Shown piece by piece: positions 56,694 through 64,000 of a DNA stretch of 64,000 nt. The DNA comes from an uncultured Gammaproteobacteria bacterium (GTDB lineage Bacteria; Patescibacteriota; Microgenomatia; Levybacterales; UBA12049): NCBI GenBank assembly GCA_964598995.1, contig CAZRDR010000021.1, forward strand, positions 537 through 64,536. The letters are read 5' to 3'. Position numbers and translations under genes: made by a program. Each line of letters starts with the position of its first letter. Positions within the stretch are counted from its first letter, which is position 1. Below the pieces are notes generated by a model. That model was not told the origin of the DNA and did no database searches. It worked only from the letters and a program-made list of their open reading frames with translations.

Positions 56694-57247
56694 TATTCTT
56701 CAGGTTCTGGAGGGAGGAACTCTTCCCCTGTATCTTGGGAGGAAGAAGGGTATTCTGATGGTTTAAGCCAATAGACATACGTGCAGCCAGTTGCTTTTCT
56801 CTTAACCTTATCCCAACCCGCAGTCGAACACTTCTTCATCTTCTTGCCACTATTTGTGGTAAAGAGTACGAGCTTTGCACCGCACTCAGGACAATTCTCG
56901 TCGAGTTGTTCTGTTGTGCCATTAATCCACTCAACATAGTCGCAGCCTATTGCTTTTTTCGCTTCTTTATCCCAAGACGAAGTGGAGCATTTTTTCATTT
57001 TTTTGCCAAAGCGCGTCACTGCTAAGATCAATGGGGCACCACATTTAGGACATTTTTCATCAAGTGCCTCTGGCTCAACTTCAAGCCACTTCACATAATC
57101 ACAGCCTGTATTTGAGCGAGTCGTAGGATCCCAGATAGATGTTGAGCAGCGCTGAAGTTTTCTGCCTGTTGCAGTAGTTACGATCTCAGAAAGAGGACTG
57201 CCACACTTTGGACATACATCAGAAGTAACTGGTTGAGTATCTGCCAT
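56693..57247 (-). CDS. Topoisomerase-type C4 zinc-ribbon repeat protein (three zf-C4_Topoisom-like repeats; YrdD-like ssDNA-binding protein)
   Basis: There are three repeats of CPKCG(S/A)PL...GKK(L/M)(Q/K)(R/K)CST(S/A)xWD...GCDYV(K/E)W, each with 4 Cys. This matches the Topo I C-terminal zinc-ribbon pattern (CPxCG...C..Y..C). Confidence 0.55.
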   Translation of the reverse strand: MADTQPVTSDVCPKCGSPLSEIVTTATGRKLQRCSTSIWDPTTRSNTGCDYVKWLEVEPEALDEKCPKCGAPLILAVTRFGKKMKKCSTSSWDKEAKKAIGCDYVEWINGTTEQLDENCPECGAKLVLFTTNSGKKMKKCSTAGWDKVKRKATGCTYVYWLKPSEYPSSSQDTGEEFLPPEPEE

Positions 57248-57292
57248 ATAGAATAACTATAGTAAATTATTTTTGATTAGCGCGTCAAGAGA

Positions 57293-59062
57293 TCAATAAA
57301 TATCGTATTTCTCCAAGAGCTTTTTATTTCCTTCTACTTGATAGTGGAGAAGATCTCGATAAAGTCCCGGCTTCTCAGCGAGCTCTTTCGGACTGCCATT
57401 ATCAACTATCGTTCCTGAGTCAATCACAATGATTCGATCAACATTTTGAATAGTTGAAAATCTATGCGCAATAATAATGACTAATTTATCCTTCATCAGT
57501 TTATCTAATGCATCTTGTACTTCTCGTTCTGACTTAGCGTCAAGTGATGACGTCGCTTCATCAAGAATGAGAATAGGCGCTTTCTTAAGGATAGCTCTGG
57601 CGATTTGAATTCTCTGCTTTTGACCACCTGATAACCGTACTCCTCGTTCACCAACTTCACTGTCTAATTTTTTAGGCAGTTTCATGACGAAATCATAGGC
57701 ATTAGCCATTTTAAGCGCTTCTATGATTTCTTTTTCAGTTGCATCGTCTTTTCCATAAGCTACATTCTCACGAATTGTTGAGGAGAACAGCTCATTTTCC
57801 TGGAATACTAAAGCGATATTTTGCCTTATGAGCTGATGATTTAATTCTTTATAGTCTTTATCTTTCAGCATTACTCTGCCACCCGTCGGGTTATAGAATT
57901 TCAAAATAAGATTAACAATTGTTGATTTACCTGCACCACTATGGCCTACCAATGCTACTGCCTGATTTTTCTGAAGAGAGAAAGAAACATTTCTCAAGAC
58001 AGGATTTTCTTCGTTGTAATAAAATGAAACATCGTCAAATGTAATTGTCGGATCTTTAATCTTCTCAACAGGAGTCTTCTTACGGAAGTCCTCAGACGAT
58101 GGAAGATTAAGTATCTCAAAGAATTCCTTTGAGCCAGCTTCGGCGGTCTGAACCTGAGTTAGAATATATGACATAGCAAAAAGTGGTATACGTGCTTGAT
58201 TTACTAGTTGCAGGATAAGTACCATTTCACCTAATGTCAGATGGCGTTGAAAAGTGTTATAGAAGACCAAAATATTTATGGCAAAGAGGATAATATTTAA
58301 CGAAAGTCCTCTGAAGAAATCGAACTTATGAAAAGTCGTACTTTGACGAGCATAAATCTTATTCGAAGCTTCTAAGTTATCAGAGACTAAGTCATACTCT
58401 CTTTTTTCATTAGTAAAACTTTTTACCAGTGTAATATTACTAATGACTTCATGCATCCTTCCTCTTGTTCTATCTTCTATAGCGTTTTTCTTGACCTCTT
58501 CTTTTCCCCATTTAACTGTTGAGTAATAACTCAATATCAAATAAATTGGAAATAGGATAAAGGTAAAGAGAGCAATTGGGATGTTGTAATAAGCTAATAT
58601 CGCAACCGTAAATATACTCTGCAGGAAAGTTGGGAGGATAAAATTAGTCGTAGAATTGAGGAATCCCTGAATCGTGACAATCCCCCGATTTAATTGATTA
58701 AGAATTTTCCCTGATACCTCTGAATCAAAATATGATTGGGGAAGAGTTAATACTTTATCATAATATTTCTCAGTGAGGAATTTTCTAATTCTTCCAGAAA
58801 AATGGTCACCAATGCGATCACTAATCGTTGAGGTGATTAAGCCAAGGAGATTACTTGCAAATGCAATTACTATTAAGAGTATGAGATATGATACATTGCC
58901 GCCCTTTCCTTGCAGTTGCCTAACAATCTCATCAACAATGAATTTTGAGAATAACGGAGCGATCAGCTGAAGTACTGCTGATAAGAGAATCAGGCCAGCT
59001 AATATCCCAACTAAGTGATATAGCGGACGAGACAATTTAACAATTTTAAAGATATTCTGCAT
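57293..59062 (-). CDS. ABC exporter, fused 6-TM permease + ATPase (multidrug/lipid exporter type)
   Basis: An N-terminal TMD, then Walker A GHSGAGKST, signature LSGGQKQR and Walker B LILDEATSSLD. Confidence 0.85.
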   Translation of the reverse strand: MQNIFKIVKLSRPLYHLVGILAGLILLSAVLQLIAPLFSKFIVDEIVRQLQGKGGNVSYLILLIVIAFASNLLGLITSTISDRIGDHFSGRIRKFLTEKYYDKVLTLPQSYFDSEVSGKILNQLNRGIVTIQGFLNSTTNFILPTFLQSIFTVAILAYYNIPIALFTFILFPIYLILSYYSTVKWGKEEVKKNAIEDRTRGRMHEVISNITLVKSFTNEKREYDLVSDNLEASNKIYARQSTTFHKFDFFRGLSLNIILFAINILVFYNTFQRHLTLGEMVLILQLVNQARIPLFAMSYILTQVQTAEAGSKEFFEILNLPSSEDFRKKTPVEKIKDPTITFDDVSFYYNEENPVLRNVSFSLQKNQAVALVGHSGAGKSTIVNLILKFYNPTGGRVMLKDKDYKELNHQLIRQNIALVFQENELFSSTIRENVAYGKDDATEKEIIEALKMANAYDFVMKLPKKLDSEVGERGVRLSGGQKQRIQIARAILKKAPILILDEATSSLDAKSEREVQDALDKLMKDKLVIIIAHRFSTIQNVDRIIVIDSGTIVDNGSPKELAEKPGLYRDLLHYQVEGNKKLLEKYDIY

Positions 59063-59118
59063 GAGATAAGTATAGCAAAATCTCTTTAAGATTAACAGTT
59101 AAGAGTTTTGAGTGCTAA

Positions 59119-59301
59119 TTAGCGAGGATCGTCATCATGACCTTCATCAGTAGATGAAGACTGATTCCACTCACCTTTTAATTTATCAACAGCTCCTTTA
59201 ACTTTGTCATCAACATGTGGAGATTTCATTTCGATATCACCTTTGATTTTTTGAACTGTTCCTTTAATGTTCTGTCCAATATTATCTGCCATTCGTCTCA
59301 C
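59119..59301 (-). CDS. CsbD-family general stress protein (60 aa)
   Basis: NIKGTVQKIKGDIEMKSP...VKGAVDKLKGEW matches the CsbD repeat (G-x-x-K-x-x-x-G). Confidence 0.55.
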   Translation of the reverse strand: MRRMADNIGQNIKGTVQKIKGDIEMKSPHVDDKVKGAVDKLKGEWNQSSSTDEGHDDDPR

Positions 59302-59397
59302 CTCCTTTTGAAGGTACTCTACGCCAATGAGTTAGGATTAAAAATAATTTTGGGTAAGACAAAAGTAATAACTACTCTTTGGGTGCTCGAGGAATAA

Positions 59398-60375
59398 TTA
59401 AGCTGATAGTTCTTTTTGGTAGCGAACAATGAGTTCTTGTTTGAAAGCTTCAATTGCTGTATCGTCAAAAGCTGATAATGGAAAAATCTGATTATTCAAG
59501 GGGCTAAGCGACTCGATCTTCTTCGCAAGTTCTTCTGGACTGACAAGATCTGTCTTGGTAAGTACGATAATTTCAGGTTTGGTCAGAAGTTCTGTATTAA
59601 ACTTCTCGAACTCACGTCTTACTACCTGATAATTTTTCGGTAAATCATCTTGTGATGCATCAATACAATGGACTAAGAGATATGTCTTCTCAATATGCTT
59701 AAGGAATGTTAATCCAAGTCCTCGTCCTTCACTTGCTCCTTCGATAAGTCCTGGGATATCAGCTAACATGACTCGACCTAACATACCAACATTGGGCTCA
59801 AGTGTCGTGAAGGGGTAATCACCAATTTTTGGTTTGGCACTGGTGAGTAATGAGAGTAACGTACTTTTACCCGCATTTGGTAGACCAATAAGACCAATAT
59901 TGGCGATTAATCTAAGGACAAGATGGAGCTGTTTTTCCTCACCCATCTCGCCTTTTTCGGCAAAGCGAGGTGCTTGATTGGTAGCTGACTTGAATTCGTT
60001 GTTGCCTCTGCCGCCTTTACCACCTCGCGCGATGAGGTGACGAGTGATAGTATCAGTAATTTCATATGTCTCATCTGTCTCCTCTACATGAACGCTTGTC
60101 CCTACTGGTAGCAAAATGATCAAATCTTCGGCATTTTTCCCAAATAAATTGTTACGCTTTCCTGGTATCCCATCCTCTGCCTTCCAAACTTTTTTGTATT
60201 GAAATTTTGACAGAGCCGTCAAATCATCTACTCCTTGGAGATAGACTGATCCGCCATTTCCACCATTACCTCCATCTGGACCACCTTTAGGGTTACCTTC
60301 ACGAGTACGGAATGAGACAGCACCATTGCCTCCTTTACCAGCATGAATTGTAACTATAACATCATCGATTAGCAT
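59398..60375 (-). CDS. obg: GTPase Obg (short form lacking C-terminal OCT/TGS domain)
   Basis: An Obg fold N-domain with Gly-rich segments (GGNGAVSF, GGPDGGNGGNGG), then G1 GLPNAGKST, G3 DIPG and G4 TKTD. It is 325 aa. Confidence 0.85.
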   Translation of the reverse strand: MLIDDVIVTIHAGKGGNGAVSFRTREGNPKGGPDGGNGGNGGSVYLQGVDDLTALSKFQYKKVWKAEDGIPGKRNNLFGKNAEDLIILLPVGTSVHVEETDETYEITDTITRHLIARGGKGGRGNNEFKSATNQAPRFAEKGEMGEEKQLHLVLRLIANIGLIGLPNAGKSTLLSLLTSAKPKIGDYPFTTLEPNVGMLGRVMLADIPGLIEGASEGRGLGLTFLKHIEKTYLLVHCIDASQDDLPKNYQVVRREFEKFNTELLTKPEIIVLTKTDLVSPEELAKKIESLSPLNNQIFPLSAFDDTAIEAFKQELIVRYQKELSA

Positions 60376-60428
60376 ACGCGCATTATATCATTTCTCACAG
60401 CTATTGAAGTTTTGCTTTTTCTGTTAGT

Positions 60429-61361
60429 ATGAATTACGTGAAATTACTCAAAGCTCTCGTCTTTATCCTCTTCTCTTTTATAGTTCTCATTTCGCTTGTA
60501 GTAGTCTTATTGTATTCAATTCGTGAGAAGCAGACGACAGAACTGATTAACCCTATCGTGTCAAATGTCGTTAAACGTGCATATTCGATCCATTCACTCT
60601 TCACATCCGGAATTGAAAAAGTTGTTGACCAATCTCTTTCAAAGACAGATGGTACCTACAGCATCGTTGTTCGTAATATGAAAACAGGTGAATCCTACAG
60701 TCAAAACCCTGATCGTGTTTATGAGAGTGCCAGTCTCTATAAATTGTGGGTTATGGCATGTGTCTATCAGCAACTGAATTCTGGAAAATTAAAAAAATCT
60801 GACACGCTCACGGGGACTGTCGAGGATTTGAATCTATCATTTGGCATAGCCTCAACTGATGCAGAACTCACAACTGGGAAGATATCCTATACCGTAGGAG
60901 ATGCATTAACGAATATGATTACTGTTTCGGATAACTATTCAGCACTCCTTCTAGCCAAAAAAATTGGGATGAGTAATATAGCAAAGTTCCTCAATAGTCA
61001 GGGTCTTTCGTCCTCTCAAACGGGTAACCCTCCGACAACCACTGCATCAGATATTATGCAATTTTATTCCAAGCTCTATCATCATGAACTGATAAATTAC
61101 GAGAGTTCTGAGGAAATGATAGCTCTTCTCAGGGGACAAGCCATCAATGACCGTATTCCTAAATATTTACCAACTGGGATAAGTGTTGCTCATAAGACTG
61201 GGGAATTAGATGACTTTAAGCATGATGCAGGAATTGTTTATACCCCAAAAGGAGATTACATTATTGTTCTGCTTTCGCAAACCGATGACCCAGATCAAGC
61301 TTCAGAAATCATGGCAGAATTATCAAAGCAGATCTATCTTCACTTCATCTCATCCACTTAA
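60429..61361 (+). CDS. Class A beta-lactamase-like / PBP-like serine hydrolase with N-terminal membrane anchor
   Basis: The SxxK, SDN and KTG active-site triad motifs are present in order: ASLYK, VSDNYS and HKTGELDD. Confidence 0.6.
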   Translation: MNYVKLLKALVFILFSFIVLISLVVVLLYSIREKQTTELINPIVSNVVKRAYSIHSLFTSGIEKVVDQSLSKTDGTYSIVVRNMKTGESYSQNPDRVYESASLYKLWVMACVYQQLNSGKLKKSDTLTGTVEDLNLSFGIASTDAELTTGKISYTVGDALTNMITVSDNYSALLLAKKIGMSNIAKFLNSQGLSSSQTGNPPTTTASDIMQFYSKLYHHELINYESSEEMIALLRGQAINDRIPKYLPTGISVAHKTGELDDFKHDAGIVYTPKGDYIIVLLSQTDDPDQASEIMAELSKQIYLHFISST

Positions 61362-62368
61362 TGGACAGTAGATGGTTTGACATTCTCTTCTTGATCTAAC
61401 GCATAATCAACGACAGCAAGTAAGAGAAGATTAATGGATAATCCAATAAGTGCCCTAAACTGTTCCTCATAAAAGGTGAAGAACTGCGTTACCAGAAGAA
61501 GGATAAGAATCGCAATTTTGAATATACGAAATCCTTGCTTCCGAGATTTACTCATCATAATGGCACCGATAAGAGCCACTATTAACGCAGCGCCGGATGA
61601 TAATATCTCTCCTGTTTCAGAAAACGACAATGTAGTTCTTGTTAATAGATACGAAAGAGAAGATAAGATAGTTAAAACTGATTCGATAGCAACGATAGCA
61701 ATTAACCCTCCTGTGAGAACCTTATTACGAAGTACCCTCGCATAAAGATCAGAAAGAAAGTGTTTTAACCTATTCAGCAGTGACGGCTGAGGAGCAGGAA
61801 TTGACTGTACTTGAGAAAAAAACTCTCGCAATGATTTCACTAACGGATCTTTCTGGTCACTTTTTTGGAGATATAACAGCGCTCTCTTTTTTTCTTCACT
61901 ATCTAAGTCGTTCATGACAGCTTCAGCGACCATCTCTAACGTATTAACGAGATATTCTTTAGGTGTGATCTTTTTATCTTTTGCTAAGGCTTTAGAAATA
62001 ATATAAATAAAGATAAAAATTACATATACGATTGCGATTGTTGGTTGAAAAAAATAATTATTATCACTTGTTACGAACTTACCTAGTTCATCGATAAACG
62101 CACCAAATCCTATTCCACCTAATATAGAAGCAAGACCCAGAATTCCCCGTCCGAGGAATGACAGAAGGAGGAGAAGTGACGTCAGCATAAAAAAACCACC
62201 CCATAACAGGTGGGCAATATGTAATCCAGAACCACTAAGCTGAGGATAATCAGTGATTTTCAGGAAGAACCGAATCACAAATATTGTAACAATTGATGCA
62301 ATAAGGAAATTCTCTCGTAAAAAATAACCATCGAGATTCTGAATAAAGTATTTTGAGAGTGGTCTCAT
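61358..62368 (-). CDS. Polytopic membrane hypothetical protein (336 aa)
   Basis: About 7 hydrophobic helices, with a central cytoplasmic region. No identifiable domain. Confidence 0.4.
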   Translation of the reverse strand: MRPLSKYFIQNLDGYFLRENFLIASIVTIFVIRFFLKITDYPQLSGSGLHIAHLLWGGFFMLTSLLLLLSFLGRGILGLASILGGIGFGAFIDELGKFVTSDNNYFFQPTIAIVYVIFIFIYIISKALAKDKKITPKEYLVNTLEMVAEAVMNDLDSEEKKRALLYLQKSDQKDPLVKSLREFFSQVQSIPAPQPSLLNRLKHFLSDLYARVLRNKVLTGGLIAIVAIESVLTILSSLSYLLTRTTLSFSETGEILSSGAALIVALIGAIMMSKSRKQGFRIFKIAILILLLVTQFFTFYEEQFRALIGLSINLLLLAVVDYALDQEENVKPSTVH

Positions 62369-62451
62369 GCCCTCCTAGTATATCGCAAAATGCATTGCTG
62401 TGCTTGCATTCCGTGAAGTATTCTGTGTATGCTAATTATTAGATAACGACT

Positions 62452-63018
62452 ATGAGAAGACTGCCCGACAAAGAAGAACAAGTTATTGATCCTGCTGTTC
62501 AACGCATTTGGGAAGAAATCATCTATTCGATGGATCAATATACTCACGACAGTAGTCTATCTAAATTTTATCTGCCTGAGGAAATTCTTTCTCACTGCCG
62601 CTCAGCTGCAAATATTTTTACTCAGTTACTCTATACACCTATTCCTTCTCCAACTGAAGTCCAAAAAACTCGCCTTTATGGCATGCTTCATTTATCAATG
62701 ACCTGTGGTGTCCAAATTTATCTTAAGGAGCGCGCGCTCACTAAAGGTTACCTCCCGTATCGCATAACAACTGATGACAAAACAATTCGATCAGCTCGAA
62801 ATAAAATAGGGAGACTTCTTTCTGAAGGAATTAAAGTCCAGCCACCTGTGAGTCAGGTAATGGAATTATTTATCACTCAGCTCAATACTGATCACTATAT
62901 TAGGCGTTTTTCAATGAAAGGACGCGAATTTAACGCTGAGAAATTTGAAAATCTTCTCCCTGCAGCCATTATGTGGGGATATCTCCTCGCGCAAGAACTC
63001 ATCATTAATGAGAACTAA
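62452..63018 (+). CDS. Hypothetical cytoplasmic protein (188 aa)
   Basis: An ORF with a mixed charged composition. No motif recognised. Confidence 0.4.
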   Translation: MRRLPDKEEQVIDPAVQRIWEEIIYSMDQYTHDSSLSKFYLPEEILSHCRSAANIFTQLLYTPIPSPTEVQKTRLYGMLHLSMTCGVQIYLKERALTKGYLPYRITTDDKTIRSARNKIGRLLSEGIKVQPPVSQVMELFITQLNTDHYIRRFSMKGREFNAEKFENLLPAAIMWGYLLAQELIINEN

Positions 63019-63021
63019 CCT

Positions 63022-63363
63022 TTATCTATTCTTAACAAGAGCGTTAAGAAATGAGGATATAACTGCAATCACTAAGCTAAAGGCTAACGCCCACCAAAAT
63101 CCATCCACCGCAAAGCCTCGTACGACGTGACTAACGAGAAGAACAAGTAACGCATTAATAACAAAAGAAAAAAGCCCAAAGGTCAGAACAGTCAAAGGCA
63201 GCGTCAGAATAATAAGAAGCGGCTTAATTAATGTATTCACGACACCTAATACGATTGCAACGATCAGGGCTGTGACAAAACCATCCACATGAACTCCTGA
63301 GAGGACCTGAGATGCGACAAATATAGCTAAACCATTAACCAATAGATAGGTAATAATCCCCAT
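63022..63363 (-). CDS. DUF360 / YvlD-like 4-TM membrane protein (phage-holin-4_2 superfamily)
   Basis: The 113 aa contain GFxVDGF segments (GVHVDGFVTALIVAIVLGVVNTLIKP and RGFAVDGFWWALAFSLVIAVISSFLNALV), the hallmark duplicated motif of the DUF360 family. Confidence 0.55.
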   Translation of the reverse strand: MGIITYLLVNGLAIFVASQVLSGVHVDGFVTALIVAIVLGVVNTLIKPLLIILTLPLTVLTFGLFSFVINALLVLLVSHVVRGFAVDGFWWALAFSLVIAVISSFLNALVKNR

Positions 63364-63469
63364 AGCTCTACCTTAACATAGCATATCCATACAGTCAAAC
63401 ATGGCTACCTCACATGAAATTTACTATTTTCATACGCTGTACACACTCTCATATGTTAGTGGTGGTAGT

Positions 63470-64000
63470 ATGGCATTGAGTCTCTATAACGATCATGTCC
63501 AACAGACCAAGCCCATTCCTCAGACATTACGTGTAAAATTACCTCCAACGTCTGTACAAAAGAATAAGCAAGATGGTCTCAAAGATGCGGCAAAAGAAAG
63601 TGTAAAAATTGAGCAGATCAACAATGATCGATTTAAGAATCTTGTTAGAGCATCAAATCAAACGCTTTATAAAGTGAAGACGGTCTTCCCTTTTGATTTT
63701 TTCCCAGACGAGATGAGTATTGAGATCACGCAAATTAATGTGATTAAACGCTATTTCTTCGCAACTGCTCATCTCCAAACGATTCCTATAAAAAATGTGG
63801 CTGATGTCTTTCTCGAGACGAGCCTCTTTTTCGCTTCGATAAAGATTATCGATAGTAGCTATATCGAGAACTCTATCCAGGTAGAGTACCTTAAAAAAGC
63901 TGATGCTTGTCGAGCACGCAAAGTTATCCAAGGCTTAGTTATCGCCAATAAAGAAGGAATTGATCTAGCAAAAGTTCCGCCAAAGTCTCTCCTTGATAAC
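63470..64000 (+). CDS. Partial hypothetical protein (N-terminal 177 aa; continues beyond window)
   Basis: The ORF from the ATG at 63470 (MALSLYNDHVQQTKPIPQ...) is open to the window end. The competing 92-aa antisense ORF at 63653..63931 is shorter. It is not in the ORF track because it is truncated by the edge. Confidence 0.4.
   Translation, partial: MALSLYNDHVQQTKPIPQTLRVKLPPTSVQKNKQDGLKDAAKESVKIEQINNDRFKNLVRASNQTLYKVKTVFPFDFFPDEMSIEITQINVIKRYFFATAHLQTIPIKNVADVFLETSLFFASIKIIDSSYIENSIQVEYLKKADACRARKVIQGLVIANKEGIDLAKVPPKSLLDN

Noticed and set aside
63653-63931. 92-aa minus-strand ORF near window end
   Set aside because: A longer plus-strand ORF (63470..64000+, open at the window edge) covers the same region and is the more parsimonious coding call. 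Neither has recognisable motifs, so confidence is low either way.
1-64000. CRISPR arrays, transposases/integrases, prophage blocks, rRNA genes
   Set aside because: I scanned intergenic regions and ORF products by eye. There are no regularly spaced direct repeats and no DDE, tyrosine- or serine-recombinase or phage structural signatures. The only conspicuous repeats are intragenic protein-coding repeats in the giant gene and the zinc-ribbon gene.

Overview
Dense, mostly housekeeping 64-kb window from a low/moderate-GC bacterium, roughly 40-45% GC by eye and not computed. The gene content (hrcA-grpE-dnaK-dnaJ with a CIRCE operator, recA-recX-rny, RNase Y, many small-genome-style fusions) points to a monoderm or Candidate-Phyla-Radiation/Saccharibacteria-like organism. 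That lineage call is an inference.

I annotate about 60 CDS, one RNase P RNA (rnpB), one tRNA-Pro(GGG), the CIRCE operator, several intrinsic terminators and sigma70-like promoters. Two genes run off the window edges and are missing from the ORF track: a minus-strand Clp-N/AAA+ paralog at 1..890 and a plus-strand hypothetical at 63470..64000. I saw no CRISPR array, transposase, integrase or rRNA.

The accessory content worth a second look:
- A translationally coupled VirB2/TrbC-like pilin and a 1765-aa VirB6-like polytopic membrane protein carrying three long tandem repeats, a candidate surface or type-IV-secretion-like module.
- A Clp module made of a ClpC/ClpB-family ATPase, a small membrane protein and a membrane-anchored Clp-N/AAA+ paralog with a degenerate Walker A.
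- A lysyl-tRNA synthetase fused to a C-terminal B3/4-like domain.
- A five-gene envelope-glycan cluster: a processive GT2, a GT-C (ArnT/PMT-like), a small membrane protein, a MraY/WecA-like transferase and a UbiA/DPPR-synthase-like prenyltransferase.
- A UvrD-type helicase fused to a Cas4/AddB-like iron-sulfur nuclease.
- An ABC-2 transporter with a tandemly duplicated permease pair, one copy frameshifted.
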